64,000 bases of DNA. It comes from Collinsella sp. GTDB lineage: Bacteria > Actinomycetota > Coriobacteriia > Coriobacteriales > Coriobacteriaceae. Made by a program: the position numbers and the translations under genes. Under the pieces are notes generated by a model. That model did not search any database, was not told where the DNA came from, and saw only the letters and a list, made by a program, of their open reading frames with translations. Position 1 is the first letter of the stretch; each line of letters starts with the position of its first letter. Shown one piece after another: positions 28,097 through 37,796 of the stretch. The stretch covers positions 127,484 through 191,483 of the forward strand of contig DBFPAR010000021.1 in the NCBI GenBank assembly GCA_048362915.1. The letters run 5' to 3'.

Positions 28097-29014
28097 CTAT
28101 TTTTGAAAAAGTTTGCAGGCATTTTCCCAAGCTGCTCGCGCGATTGCCTCAGCATCCTCGCCGGTACGATCGACACGGTCGTTGACCAGCGTGTTTGCCG
28201 TGATAGAAATCATTGCCGGCTCGCACTCAAGACCACGAATGGGCTCCGGTGCCATATACGGGCAATCCGTCTCGAACAAAATGCGATCGAGCGGGGTCGC
28301 CGCAAATGCCTCGCGCACGTCGTCGTTGCGCTTAAAGGTGGCCGCGCCGCCATAGGCGATATAGCAGCCCAAACCCACAAAGCGCTCCATCGTAGTTCGA
28401 TCCTCGCCAAAGCAGTGCAGCACGCAACCGGCCTGAGGCACGCCTACCTCGCGCAGCACGTTGTACGCATCAACGTGCGAAGTGCGCTCCCCATCCGAGT
28501 CCTCGTGCCGCAGGTGCAGCTCCACCGGCACATTGCGGCGCACGGCAACTTCGAGCTGACGTGCCATGCAATCAATCTGCACGCTATGGGGCGCCGGCGC
28601 GATGTCGTCATCGTAATCCATGTGGTAGTCCAGGCCGATCTCGCCGATACCGGCGCACAAAGGATTATCGAGCGCGGCAACGACCTGCGCGTGAATGTCG
28701 TCGGTATAATCCGGCGCGCCATAGGGATGAACGCCAGCGAGATACTTGATCTGCGGAATATCCCGCATCGGTAGAATTTCGCGCACCAGCCAGTCGCTAT
28801 AGTCCGTCACGCTGCGCTTGTCGGCGATGGGGTCGAGCATCGTCACCAACAGGTCGACGCCCGCGGCTTTCGCGCGCACGAGCGTCTCGGGCACTTCTTT
28901 GCCCCAAAACGAAAGCAGATGCGCATGCGTGTCGGCAAGCGGTGCCAAGGGCACGGGGCAGGCAACCGTCTTCTTTTTCTTGGTAAACGTCACGCGTTCG
29001 GCATTAGGCGTCAT
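28097..29014 (-). CDS. TatD-family hydrolase
   Basis: DTHAH, GVHP, IGEIGLDY, LHCF, ETDCPYMAP. Confidence 0.93.
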   Translation of the reverse strand: MTPNAERVTFTKKKKTVACPVPLAPLADTHAHLLSFWGKEVPETLVRAKAAGVDLLVTMLDPIADKRSVTDYSDWLVREILPMRDIPQIKYLAGVHPYGAPDYTDDIHAQVVAALDNPLCAGIGEIGLDYHMDYDDDIAPAPHSVQIDCMARQLEVAVRRNVPVELHLRHEDSDGERTSHVDAYNVLREVGVPQAGCVLHCFGEDRTTMERFVGLGCYIAYGGAATFKRNDDVREAFAATPLDRILFETDCPYMAPEPIRGLECEPAMISITANTLVNDRVDRTGEDAEAIARAAWENACKLFQK

Positions 29015-29864
29015 GGATTAGCTCCTGGGCCAGGCGGACAAAGTCAGCAACATCGAGCGTCTCGGCGCGCGTGGTGGGTGAGATACCGCAAGCCTCAAAG
29101 GCGGCATCGAGCACGTCCTTGGCAAAGCCGTTGGCGCTCATGGAATTGCGGATGGTCTTGCGACGCTGAGCAAATGCGGCGTCAATCACGCGGGCCACAA
29201 ACTCGCGATCGAGTCCTTCGGGCACCACGCCGTCAACACGGTCGATACGCACGACGGCCGAGTCCACGTGCGGTGCCGGCATAAAGCAACGCGGCGGCAC
29301 CTCAAAGCGACCCGTCACCTGCGCATACAGGCCGAGCTTTGCCGTATAGCCGCCATAGGTCTTATTGCCCGGCACTGCGGCAATGCGATCGGCAACCTCC
29401 TTTTGAACCATGACGACGGCGCGCTTGAGCGCGGGCATCGTCTGGAAGAACTGCAGGATGATCGTCGCCGCCACGTTATAGGGCAGGTTCGCGACAAATA
29501 CCGTCGGCTCACCGCACGCAACCTGCTCAATCTGCTCCGGCGTCACCCTGAGCGCGTCGCCCATGATAAAGCGGAAGTTGGCGTAGTCAGCGGCATGGGC
29601 ATCGAGCACCGGCTCGAGCTCGGGGTCGGCCTCGATCGACGTGACGCACGCCGCCTCCTGCAGCAGCGCAAGCGTGAGCGTACCAACGCCCGGACCGACC
29701 TCGAGCACGCGCTCATCGCCCGCAAGCTCGGAAAGCTCGCAAATGCGCTCAATTACATGGTTGTCGATCAGGAAGTTCTGGCCCAGGCGATGCTTGGTCG
29801 CAAGGCCAAACTCCTCCAGCAGCTCCCTTGTTGCCGTGGGGTTTGCCAAAGGCGAAGTTGTCAT
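29004..29864 (-). CDS. rsmA: 16S rRNA dimethyltransferase RsmA/KsgA
   Basis: LGQNFL, EVGPGVGTLT, ANLPYN, MVQKEVADR, FAQRRKT. Confidence 0.97.
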   Translation of the reverse strand: MTTSPLANPTATRELLEEFGLATKHRLGQNFLIDNHVIERICELSELAGDERVLEVGPGVGTLTLALLQEAACVTSIEADPELEPVLDAHAADYANFRFIMGDALRVTPEQIEQVACGEPTVFVANLPYNVAATIILQFFQTMPALKRAVVMVQKEVADRIAAVPGNKTYGGYTAKLGLYAQVTGRFEVPPRCFMPAPHVDSAVVRIDRVDGVVPEGLDREFVARVIDAAFAQRRKTIRNSMSANGFAKDVLDAAFEACGISPTTRAETLDVADFVRLAQELIHDA

Positions 29865-29971
29865 AGTTGCCTCCTTAGCATGGTGGCGGCGTCTTGAAAC
29901 AAAAGGGCATGGACCGTTGCGGCCATGCCCTTACATCTAAACAGCAAATTGCCGATATGGCGCGCGGCGGC

Positions 29972-31573
29972 TTAGCCCAGACGCGGGAACAGCGGCTCGC
30001 CCTTCTCGACGGGCTGACCACCGGCAAGCAAGCCCCAAGCGCAAATGCCCTTGAGGTCGTCGCTCGCGGCCTCGTCCTCGCACGACAGGCGGCGCAGGGC
30101 CTCGGCAGAAGTCTGGGGCATGAGCGGCATCAGCAGGTGAGCGGCAATGCGGATAGCCTCGAGCAGGTTGTAGATCACAAATGCCAGCTCGTCAGCCTTG
30201 GTCTCGTCCTTGGCAAGCGCCCAGGGCTCGGAGTCCTCGATGTAGTGGTTGGCGGCATGGATGAGCTCCATGACCTCGTCCTTGGCTCCACCGTAATCGA
30301 GCACGTCCATCTTGGCCATGTAGCGCTCGACCAGGCCATCGGCGATCTTTGCCAGCGGGTTTTCGAACGCATCGAACGACGCGGGCTTGGCGGGCGCGCA
30401 ACCGTCAAAATACTTGCCGCTCATGTTGAGCGAACGCGAGATGAGGTTGCCCCAGCTGTTGGCCAGGTCGGCGTTGTAGACCTGCTCCATGCGGTCGAAG
30501 CTGATGGCACCGTCAGTGCCGGGGACGACGTCGGTCATAAAGTAGTAGCGATAGCCCTCGACGCCCAGCATGTCGATAACGTCCTGCGGAGCGATGGCGT
30601 TGCCGCGGCTCTTGGACATCTTCTCGGCCTTGCCGGTCTCGGCATTGCGCACGGTCAGGAAGCCGTGGGCAAAGACGTGCTCGGGCAGGGCCTCGCCGAT
30701 GGCCATGAGCATGGCGGGCCAAATGACGCAGTGGAAGCGGATGATGTCCTTACCCACGATGTGGAACTGCGCGGGCCAGCGATAGGCCAGCTCGGCACGC
30801 GCCTCGTCGGTGTCGACACCGTAGCCGACGGCCGTCATATAGTTGAGCAGCGCATCGAACCACACGTAGGTCACGTGACCCTCGTCAAACGGGACCTGAA
30901 TGCCCCAGTCAAAGCTCGTACGGCTCACGGAAAGGTCATTAAGGCCGCCCTCGACAAAGCTGCGCACCTCGTTCATGCGGAACGCAGGCTCGACAAAGTC
31001 GGGGTGCTCGTCGTAAAGCTTGAGCAGCTTGTCCTGGAAAGCGGAAAGCTTAAAGAAGTAGGACTCCTCCTGCACGCGCTCAAGCGGACGGTGGCAGTCG
31101 GGGCACAGGTGCTGGCCGACGCTGCCGTACTCCTCGTCGCCCTTCTGGACCTGCGTATCGGTGAAGTAGGTCTCGTCAGGCACGCAATACCAACCGTCGT
31201 AGCTGCCCTTATACAGGTAGCCGGACTCCTTCATGCGCTCCCACAGGTACTGCACGGCATGATGCTGGCGCGGCTCGGTGGTGCGGATGAAGTCGTCGTT
31301 GGAAATCTCGAGCTTGCTCCAAAGCTCCTTGAAGTGCGGGGCCTGGCTGTCGGTCCACTCCTGCGGCGTCATGCCATGCTTGGCTGCGGCCTCGGCGACC
31401 TTCTCGCCGTGCTCGTCCATGCCGGTCAGGAACTTGACGTTATAGCCGGCGGAGCGACGATAGCGAGCCTGAACGTCGGCGATGATGGTGGAATAAGCCG
31501 TGCCCAGGTGCGGATCGGCGTTGACGTAGTAGATGGGCGTCGTGATAAAGAACGAAGGCTTGCTTTGATCCAT
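29972..31573 (-). CDS. metG: Methionine--tRNA ligase (short form)
   Basis: ITTPIYYVN, HLGT (HIGH variant), YVWFDAL, GKDIIRFH, KMSKS. Confidence 0.97.
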   Translation of the reverse strand: MDQSKPSFFITTPIYYVNADPHLGTAYSTIIADVQARYRRSAGYNVKFLTGMDEHGEKVAEAAAKHGMTPQEWTDSQAPHFKELWSKLEISNDDFIRTTEPRQHHAVQYLWERMKESGYLYKGSYDGWYCVPDETYFTDTQVQKGDEEYGSVGQHLCPDCHRPLERVQEESYFFKLSAFQDKLLKLYDEHPDFVEPAFRMNEVRSFVEGGLNDLSVSRTSFDWGIQVPFDEGHVTYVWFDALLNYMTAVGYGVDTDEARAELAYRWPAQFHIVGKDIIRFHCVIWPAMLMAIGEALPEHVFAHGFLTVRNAETGKAEKMSKSRGNAIAPQDVIDMLGVEGYRYYFMTDVVPGTDGAISFDRMEQVYNADLANSWGNLISRSLNMSGKYFDGCAPAKPASFDAFENPLAKIADGLVERYMAKMDVLDYGGAKDEVMELIHAANHYIEDSEPWALAKDETKADELAFVIYNLLEAIRIAAHLLMPLMPQTSAEALRRLSCEDEAASDDLKGICAWGLLAGGQPVEKGEPLFPRLG

Positions 31574-31642
31574 GGGGTTTGTCCTCCAGAAAAACGTTGC
31601 ATACAGAGGATGATTCTAGCGCAAGGGCTGGATATCCTCCAT

Positions 31643-32521
31643 CTATTGCATATCGAGCACCATGGCATAGACATCGCGCTTGCGGCGCGAATACTTCTGA
31701 GACAGGCGCTTGGCCACTGCAGACGCGGGCTCCCCCTCCTCGAGCGCGGCGCGGATATCCTCGCGCAGGGCCTCGTCGTGATCCGCTGCCGCGGCGCCAA
31801 CCGGCACGGCACCGGCCTCCTCATCCTCGCTCGGCGGCGCGATGACCAGCGCAATCTCGCCCTTTACCTCGCCGCGAGCACGCAGCTCCTCGGCGAGCTG
31901 GGCAGCGGGCCCGCGCAAGACTTCCTCGTGCAGCTTGGTGAGCTCGCGGCAGACGGCAACCTCACGCTGGGGAAAGACCTCCACCACGGCCTCGAGCGTC
32001 GCCACGATGCGATGTGGAGACTCGTAGAAGATGAGCGCGCCGGGCACCACGGCAAGGCGCTGCAAACGGCGCACGCGGTCGCCGTGCTTTCGGCCCAAAA
32101 AGCCCTCGAAGAAAAAATGCTCGCAGGGAATGCCGGACGAAACGAGCGCCGTGACGCAAGCAGAGGGCCCGGGAATAACTTCTACGGGCACATCGGCCTC
32201 ACGTGCCGCCTCGACCAGCGCCTGGCCGGGATCGGACACGCTCGGCATGCCGGCGTCCGAGGCAAAGGCGAGGGTCTCCCCCGCCAGCAGACGGTCGACT
32301 AGGCCGGCGGCGCGGCTGGCGATCACATTCTCGTCGCAACGGACAAGCGGCTTGGAAATGCCCAGGTGCATCAGCAGCTTTGACGTCACACGCGTGTCTT
32401 CGCAGCAGATGGCATCGGCGGCGGCAAACGCCTCGCCAACGCGCGGGGACAGGTCGCCCAGGTTGCCGATGGGCGTGCCGACCACATAGAGTTTGCCCGT
32501 ATGGGCGCTGTTTTGCGTCAT
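31643..32521 (-). CDS. rsmI: 16S rRNA C1402 2'-O-methyltransferase
   Basis: GTPIGNLGD, EDTR, SDAGMP-SDPG, FYESPHR, RELTKLHEE. Confidence 0.96.
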   Translation of the reverse strand: MTQNSAHTGKLYVVGTPIGNLGDLSPRVGEAFAAADAICCEDTRVTSKLLMHLGISKPLVRCDENVIASRAAGLVDRLLAGETLAFASDAGMPSVSDPGQALVEAAREADVPVEVIPGPSACVTALVSSGIPCEHFFFEGFLGRKHGDRVRRLQRLAVVPGALIFYESPHRIVATLEAVVEVFPQREVAVCRELTKLHEEVLRGPAAQLAEELRARGEVKGEIALVIAPPSEDEEAGAVPVGAAAADHDEALREDIRAALEEGEPASAVAKRLSQKYSRRKRDVYAMVLDMQ

Positions 32522-32527
32522 ATCAAC

Positions 32528-33589
32528 CTATTCAATCATGCCACGCTCGAGCGTACCGAGCGCCGCGCGGGCGTCCCATGCTGCAATGCGCTTCTCGGTC
32601 TTCCACGTTTGGAAGAACCAACCGGCAGCCGGTGCAAACGAAGCCAGTTGGTTGGCGATAAACACGCGCTCGTAGGCATTGCGGCCCTCGGGCGTAACCG
32701 ACGAGTTGGCAAAGATCGCCGCGCCCGACCATTCGCCCACCAGCACGGGGAACCCAGTCGAAATCGCTTCTTTAAGCTCGCGCTTGTTACGCGAAATCGC
32801 CGTCGTCAGCCCGCGGGGGCTCGTGATATCGAGCGCATACTCGTCGCGGTAATGGTACAGGTGAAGGTCCATGTAGACGTTCTTGTACTTAGCGCCGCGC
32901 ATAAAATGCTTCCACTCGCTGGGATGTCCCGAAGACGAGAAGACGACGATCTTATCCTCGGGCATATACGAACGGACGAGCTCATAGGCATCGCGATAGA
33001 AGTTGCGCAGGTAGTGCGCAGGAATGCCATCCGTCATGGTGAAGAGGCTCTTGCGGACACTCATCTGCGGCGTATCCAGCAGCTCAATGCCCAGCAGGCT
33101 CTCGGCCTCGCCGTAGCGATCGGCCAGGCGCTCGAGCACGTCGAGTGCGACATGACGACCGTTGGTGGACGAATGCCACTCGGCAACAGCCTCCGGCGTG
33201 GCGGGCGAATCGTTGGAATCGCCCTGGCCACCGGGCACAGTTGCTAGATCAAGCAGCACGCGGATGTCGTACTTGGCAGCCCACTCAATTGCACGGTCGA
33301 TGTAGTCGACAACCGAGATGTAGGACGCATCGGACTCCTGCGAGCCAAAGGCATACCAGGGTACCGGCAGACGCACGGCATTGAGGCCGATCTGCGCCAT
33401 GCGGCGGAAATCGTCCTCGCTCACAAACGTCTCGTAATGACGGCGCATGCGCTCGTTATAGGCGGCGGTGCCCATGGCCTCCTGCAGCTCGGCCGCGTTG
33501 GATGCACCGGTCGCCGCGTATAGCGACGGGGTCACCCAAGGCTCGGGAATAAACCAGCCAGAGAGATTAACGCCGAGTATCCTCTCCAT
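32528..33589 (-). CDS. Glycoside hydrolase family 5 (exo-1,3-beta-glucanase-like), degenerate active site
   Basis: GVNLSGWFIPEPWVTPSLY, GLNAVRLPVPW, DLHLY, VGEWS, GWFFQTWK. Confidence 0.85.
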   Translation of the reverse strand: MERILGVNLSGWFIPEPWVTPSLYAATGASNAAELQEAMGTAAYNERMRRHYETFVSEDDFRRMAQIGLNAVRLPVPWYAFGSQESDASYISVVDYIDRAIEWAAKYDIRVLLDLATVPGGQGDSNDSPATPEAVAEWHSSTNGRHVALDVLERLADRYGEAESLLGIELLDTPQMSVRKSLFTMTDGIPAHYLRNFYRDAYELVRSYMPEDKIVVFSSSGHPSEWKHFMRGAKYKNVYMDLHLYHYRDEYALDITSPRGLTTAISRNKRELKEAISTGFPVLVGEWSGAAIFANSSVTPEGRNAYERVFIANQLASFAPAAGWFFQTWKTEKRIAAWDARAALGTLERGMIE

Positions 33590-33778
33590 CACTGCCCCCT
33601 TCGGATCGTGCAGGCTGAGCCTGCATCGTATTGCACAGGAAAAGTATCGTTTTGAGTATACCCGCGCGTGCGGACAGACGACCGAACGGTCTGTAAAGTG
33701 GCGCAAAAGCGGGAGGAATATCTGGGCGGGCCCGAGATGGCGCGCCGAGATGTACATATGCGCCGGAAGTAGGCGGCC

Positions 33779-33960
33779 GAAAAGCGCATCCCGTTCTGAG
33801 CGCGGGATCTGGGACGCAGTTTCCGCCAAAGACCGCAAAAGGAAAGCACATCCCATTCTGACGCCGGATTCCGGGTCGCGCTTTCCCAAGCGGCCTCAAA
33901 GCGGAAAACGCATCCCACTCTGAAGCCAAATTCCGGGACGCAATTTCCGCAGAGCCCTCA
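33779..33960. repeat. Three 62-bp-period palindromic units
   Basis: GAAA..GCATCCC.TTCTGA.....T.CGGGACGC..TTTCC-like units; CATCCC at 33787, 33849, 33911. Confidence 0.8.
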
Positions 33961-34003
33961 ATAAAAGAAAAGGACCCCTTTGCAGAGGTCCTAGTCAATT
34001 CAA

Positions 34004-34078
<75 letters not shown>

Positions 34079-34201
34079 ATTTGAGGTGTGCCTTGTTTCA
34101 AGGCTTGATTAGTATAACCAAGGACGCGTTCCGGTCAACCGAGAATTTTAAAAAAGTTTTTGGGCACAGCCTCGGTTCTATAAATCGGCACGTCAGAGGC
34201 A

Positions 34202-34489
34202 TCAGCCGGCAGCAAGAAGTTTTTCACTCAGAGCCGCACGGGCAAACTCACTTGGCGTCATCCCCTCGGCAGCCGCCCGTCGACGAATGGCCTCCTTCAT
34301 TCCCAGAGGAATCTTGACCGACAGCGTTGCCGTCCCCTCACCTGAGAGCGGGGGCCGTCCATGCACGATCCCACCAACGGTGTGTTCGCCATCCGGAAAC
34401 TCTCCGCGCTCGTACGACTCGCACCACGCGTCAATCATTTCATCCGTTACAACCTGACCATTAGCGGCCGTATACGTCTTGCCCATCAT
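34202..34489 (-). CDS. CopG/ribbon-helix-helix putative antitoxin
   Basis: GRPPL followed by TLSVKIP...AAAEGMTPSEFARAAL (RHH pattern). Confidence 0.75.
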   Translation of the reverse strand: MMGKTYTAANGQVVTDEMIDAWCESYERGEFPDGEHTVGGIVHGRPPLSGEGTATLSVKIPLGMKEAIRRRAAAEGMTPSEFARAALSEKLLAAG

Positions 34490-34752
34490 CGACCCCTTTG
34501 CCGAGCCTGTTCAATCTCCTGCCAAAATTTCTTCTGGACTGGAGACAAGGCATGAATGATAAGCCACCCACGGACAAGCTCGACCGCGACAAGCTCCACG
34601 CTTCGTCCGTCTGAGAGCCATCCAATTGCAAGCCATCTCGGCGGCTCGTCCTTCGGCTCGCGACGAATGCACTCAGTAACCGCAAGCCAAGCGCTAAGCA
34701 CCTGCTTTTCCGTCAGGTGCTTTTTAGCGTTGGGATGGATCTCAACATCCAT
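34486..34752 (-). CDS. Putative BrnT/RelE-fold toxin
   Basis: 88 aa, HPNAKKH...WLAIG...VELVAV...LIIHA; ATGA overlap with the RHH gene. Confidence 0.62.
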   Translation of the reverse strand: MDVEIHPNAKKHLTEKQVLSAWLAVTECIRREPKDEPPRWLAIGWLSDGRSVELVAVELVRGWLIIHALSPVQKKFWQEIEQARQRGR

Positions 34753-34810
34753 GCATCTTCTCCTCCATCTTACCCAATTTCGTATGACGAAAGTCCACTG
34801 TCGCCAATTC

Positions 34811-35170
34811 TTAAGCCGGCACGCGTTGGAGAGCAGGAGTCGAAACAATGATTGAAGGACGCTCTAGTACGGCCCAGGCGCCGAGGCAGGAGCACATGCG
34901 CCAAGGGCGGACGTTTTCGTAGCGCGCGAGGATATTGCCGTCACGATCGATGAAGGCGATGTCGATGGGATAGGCCATAAAACACGTATGGACCGAAGAG
35001 CAGCGTGGAAACGCCATGACGAGCGACAGGCCGTTGGCGGCAACCGGACGCCGTCCCAGCATGCCGCGCAGGCGCACGACAAACGACTCCGCCACCACAA
35101 ACTCGGCCGGCGTCCAACCCAGCCTATTGAGTGCCCGCGCGTAGGCGATGTAGGACGAGACCGCGGTCAC
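34811..35170 (-). CDS. DUF192-like protein
   Basis: VAESFVVRLRGMLGR, VHTCFMAYPIDIAFIDRDG, VRPWR, VLE. Confidence 0.8.
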   Translation of the reverse strand: MTAVSSYIAYARALNRLGWTPAEFVVAESFVVRLRGMLGRRPVAANGLSLVMAFPRCSSVHTCFMAYPIDIAFIDRDGNILARYENVRPWRMCSCLGAWAVLERPSIIVSTPALQRVPA

Positions 35171-35643
35171 ATGACCACCCCCGGATGCCATGGATCGACC
35201 GTCACCGCGCGCTCGTGCGACAACGTTGTCGGCGCCCCCAGCGGAACGCCAGCGATGCTGAGAGAAGTCGGCCACGGCTCATAGTGCATGGTGCAGGTGT
35301 AGGTCCTAAACGTACCGGATAGGGAGAGCAGGCCACCATCTGATGCCTTCGCGCCTTGCTCGCTCGACACTTCGATCTGCAAGTCATAGCCTTCCATGGC
35401 ATTCAGAATTTGAGTCTGGACCGTCGCCGAGGCATCGGCAGAGCTTTCGTCGCCCTCCCCCTCCGACGCCACGGCATGCGCTAGCACGATGTCGGGCACC
35501 ACGCGGTCGAAGCGCGCGACAGCGCCGGCAAAGATCATGACGTTGTACACGATGAGTGCCAGCACCAGCAAAACGGGCGTAACCACTGCCATCTCCACCG
35601 TCGCTTGGGCGCGCTCCTCGCGCAGACGCATGCGGATACTCAT
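35167..35643 (-). CDS. TadE-like minor pilin
   Basis: Prepilin motif RAQATVEMA followed by a hydrophobic helix. Confidence 0.8.
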   Translation of the reverse strand: MSIRMRLREERAQATVEMAVVTPVLLVLALIVYNVMIFAGAVARFDRVVPDIVLAHAVASEGEGDESSADASATVQTQILNAMEGYDLQIEVSSEQGAKASDGGLLSLSGTFRTYTCTMHYEPWPTSLSIAGVPLGAPTTLSHERAVTVDPWHPGVVM

Positions 35644-37796
35644 TACGACCCACCGCCCAGAGCGCCAACCAGCGTGGCGACATCGACGGTGAGCGGGATG
35701 GAGCCGCCGCCGGGCAGAGGAATCTCCGCAAGTGTGAACACCGTACCGCTAATGGTGCGTTCGACTTGATATTCCAACGCCTCGCAAAGCGCCTTGGGAT
35801 CGGTCACGCCCAACGGAATACTTCGCAGTTTGTCTTGCGCTTGAGAGAGACCCGCAATGTCAGACCCCGGACTCTTAATGATATTGGCGGAATCGGTCAG
35901 CACCGGCTTTCGCAGGCGCAAGTCGCACGGTTCCAAACCCAGCGCCGCCACGGACGCCGAAACGGTATCGCCGAGCCACGATGCGATGGAGCCCAACGCG
36001 CCGCTGCCCCCTCCTAGGCCTTTAATCATCTCGTCCATAAGTTCGTCGGCTGAGCCTTGGATATCACCGTATCCCACGAGTAGCCGTCCCCAAACATCCA
36101 TGACGCCGTCGAGCACGCCGGCAACGCCGCCCGAGCGTTCCTTCAATGTCGAGAAAAATCGCGAAAGCACGTTGTTTTGCGCCGTCGCCTCATCGGGCGC
36201 CAGCACCGCGGCAGAGATAGCACCGCGATCGCCAAGCCTGACTGCCGCGTTAAACGAGGAGTTAAGTTGATCGGGGCTGGTAATGTCACCCGAAACTGCA
36301 AGGGCAACCACGCCGTTGCGACCGGGCGGGGCGATACGCGGGCGCTCGCCGGAAAGCTCCTTGATGGCCTGGTCAAACGCATTGCCCGCACGGTCGGCCT
36401 CATCCTCGGTCTGACGCTCGAGCTCGAGCTCTTTGTTGCGGCATTCGACGTAGTCTTCCAGGGCCTCTTTGAACTTATCGAAGTGGTACTCAAAGCCGTT
36501 TTCGATAGAAGTCGAAGGCGCTGCAACGGCACCGAGCGACGAAACGCCAAAATGGCATCTGTTGCATCTGTCCTGTCCGTCATAATCAGCAACCGAGGCT
36601 AACCCGCCTGGCGACCCCTTCTTATAGTTGGGGCAACTCGTTCCGTAATGCAGATACGTCTTGCCATCGATGGCGCTGGTTGGCCACGCCGCATCGGTAT
36701 AGAGTTCCGTCGCTCGCACCTCGTCAGCGTTGCGCGGCAACAGCGGGATATGGGAAGTAACTTCATCTCCGTCCTCGGTTACATATGCACGATTGACCTC
36801 TGTACTCGCATAGGTGTAAAACGCCTTGCGCGCCGCCGACTCCGCCTTCATCTCGACGCTCGATCCCTGAGGTTTTTCATTCGCCAAGCGCTGCCGGTAA
36901 TAGATTTTCGCGCGATCGAGCGCTATTTGCGGCTCCCATGTGATGCTCGACTTTTCATGACAGTTCTGACTGTCAGATAGTTCTGCTAGTTTTTTCGCAC
37001 GCTCCCACATACACGAGTACTTGCCAATCGAACTCTCGTCCGACCCGCCACAATCCGCCAGCCAAGCGCGCTCTTTAGCCTTCGCCGTGTCCTCAGAAGC
37101 CTTCCGCAGCTCCTCGGCCGCACGCTCTAAATCATCTGATGTGTCTTTAATGGTATCGGTCGAGATCTCTGACCCTTTGAGCGCAGCGAAGTCCGACTCG
37201 GATGTCCTGGGCACGGCAAGCGCCGTACCGGTATAGGCCACACTATCGGTATCCTGCGCCGACACCGCCTGCGTGGCACGCGCGGCAATCAGATACGGCA
37301 GAGCCGTCTCGATTTTCTGCAAGCCTTCCGATGCGCTTTTGGCAAACTTGTTGCGCGTTTTAATGATCTCAATCCCGGTGTCGACCATATTGCCGGCAAC
37401 TGGTTCGGCACCTGGGATGAGAATGGCAACCAGGCCCGTCCCGATTGTGGCAAACCCCGCTAGCCCCAGACTCAAGATGCTCGCATCAACCACCGTGGCA
37501 GTCGTGTGATAGGACGACACCACGTTGGCACCCGCCAGCGCGCCGCTATCGGCCGCCACCTGGGTATCCCCGGCACGCGACATGCTCCATATCGCCGCGG
37601 TCGACGAAAACAACAACGTGAGCACCACTAGGATGACCACGGCAGAAGAAAGCGTGGTGTAGGCACCGTCTTCGATAAACAGGTCGATACCGGCGCGGCC
37701 CATAAAGCCGCCTCGCTTGCGATGGCGGCTCGGACGGCGCGTCAAAACGCATCTAGACCAGAAACGCTTAATCCCATGCAGCAATCCACGAATCAT
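35643..37796 (-). CDS. Large Tad-associated pseudopilin (TadG-like)
   Basis: EDGAYTT + TM + TQVAADSGALAGA (TadG-like N-terminus); Cys-rich central region. Confidence 0.7.
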   Translation of the reverse strand: MIRGLLHGIKRFWSRCVLTRRPSRHRKRGGFMGRAGIDLFIEDGAYTTLSSAVVILVVLTLLFSSTAAIWSMSRAGDTQVAADSGALAGANVVSSYHTTATVVDASILSLGLAGFATIGTGLVAILIPGAEPVAGNMVDTGIEIIKTRNKFAKSASEGLQKIETALPYLIAARATQAVSAQDTDSVAYTGTALAVPRTSESDFAALKGSEISTDTIKDTSDDLERAAEELRKASEDTAKAKERAWLADCGGSDESSIGKYSCMWERAKKLAELSDSQNCHEKSSITWEPQIALDRAKIYYRQRLANEKPQGSSVEMKAESAARKAFYTYASTEVNRAYVTEDGDEVTSHIPLLPRNADEVRATELYTDAAWPTSAIDGKTYLHYGTSCPNYKKGSPGGLASVADYDGQDRCNRCHFGVSSLGAVAAPSTSIENGFEYHFDKFKEALEDYVECRNKELELERQTEDEADRAGNAFDQAIKELSGERPRIAPPGRNGVVALAVSGDITSPDQLNSSFNAAVRLGDRGAISAAVLAPDEATAQNNVLSRFFSTLKERSGGVAGVLDGVMDVWGRLLVGYGDIQGSADELMDEMIKGLGGGSGALGSIASWLGDTVSASVAALGLEPCDLRLRKPVLTDSANIIKSPGSDIAGLSQAQDKLRSIPLGVTDPKALCEALEYQVERTISGTVFTLAEIPLPGGGSIPLTVDVATLVGALGGGS

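Noticed and set aside
31480..31520. MetRS HIGH motif reading HLGT as inactivation
   Set aside because: All other motifs are intact and the gene is in its usual rsmI-metG-rsmA-tatD context; treated as natural variation
33590..33889. N-terminal extension of the GH5 ORF in the track (453 aa)
   Set aside because: Runs through the 62-bp repeats; ATG at 33589 has an RBS and starts the GH5 domain
33779..33960. CRISPR array
   Set aside because: Only three degenerate units, 16-nt mutually similar linkers, no cas genes
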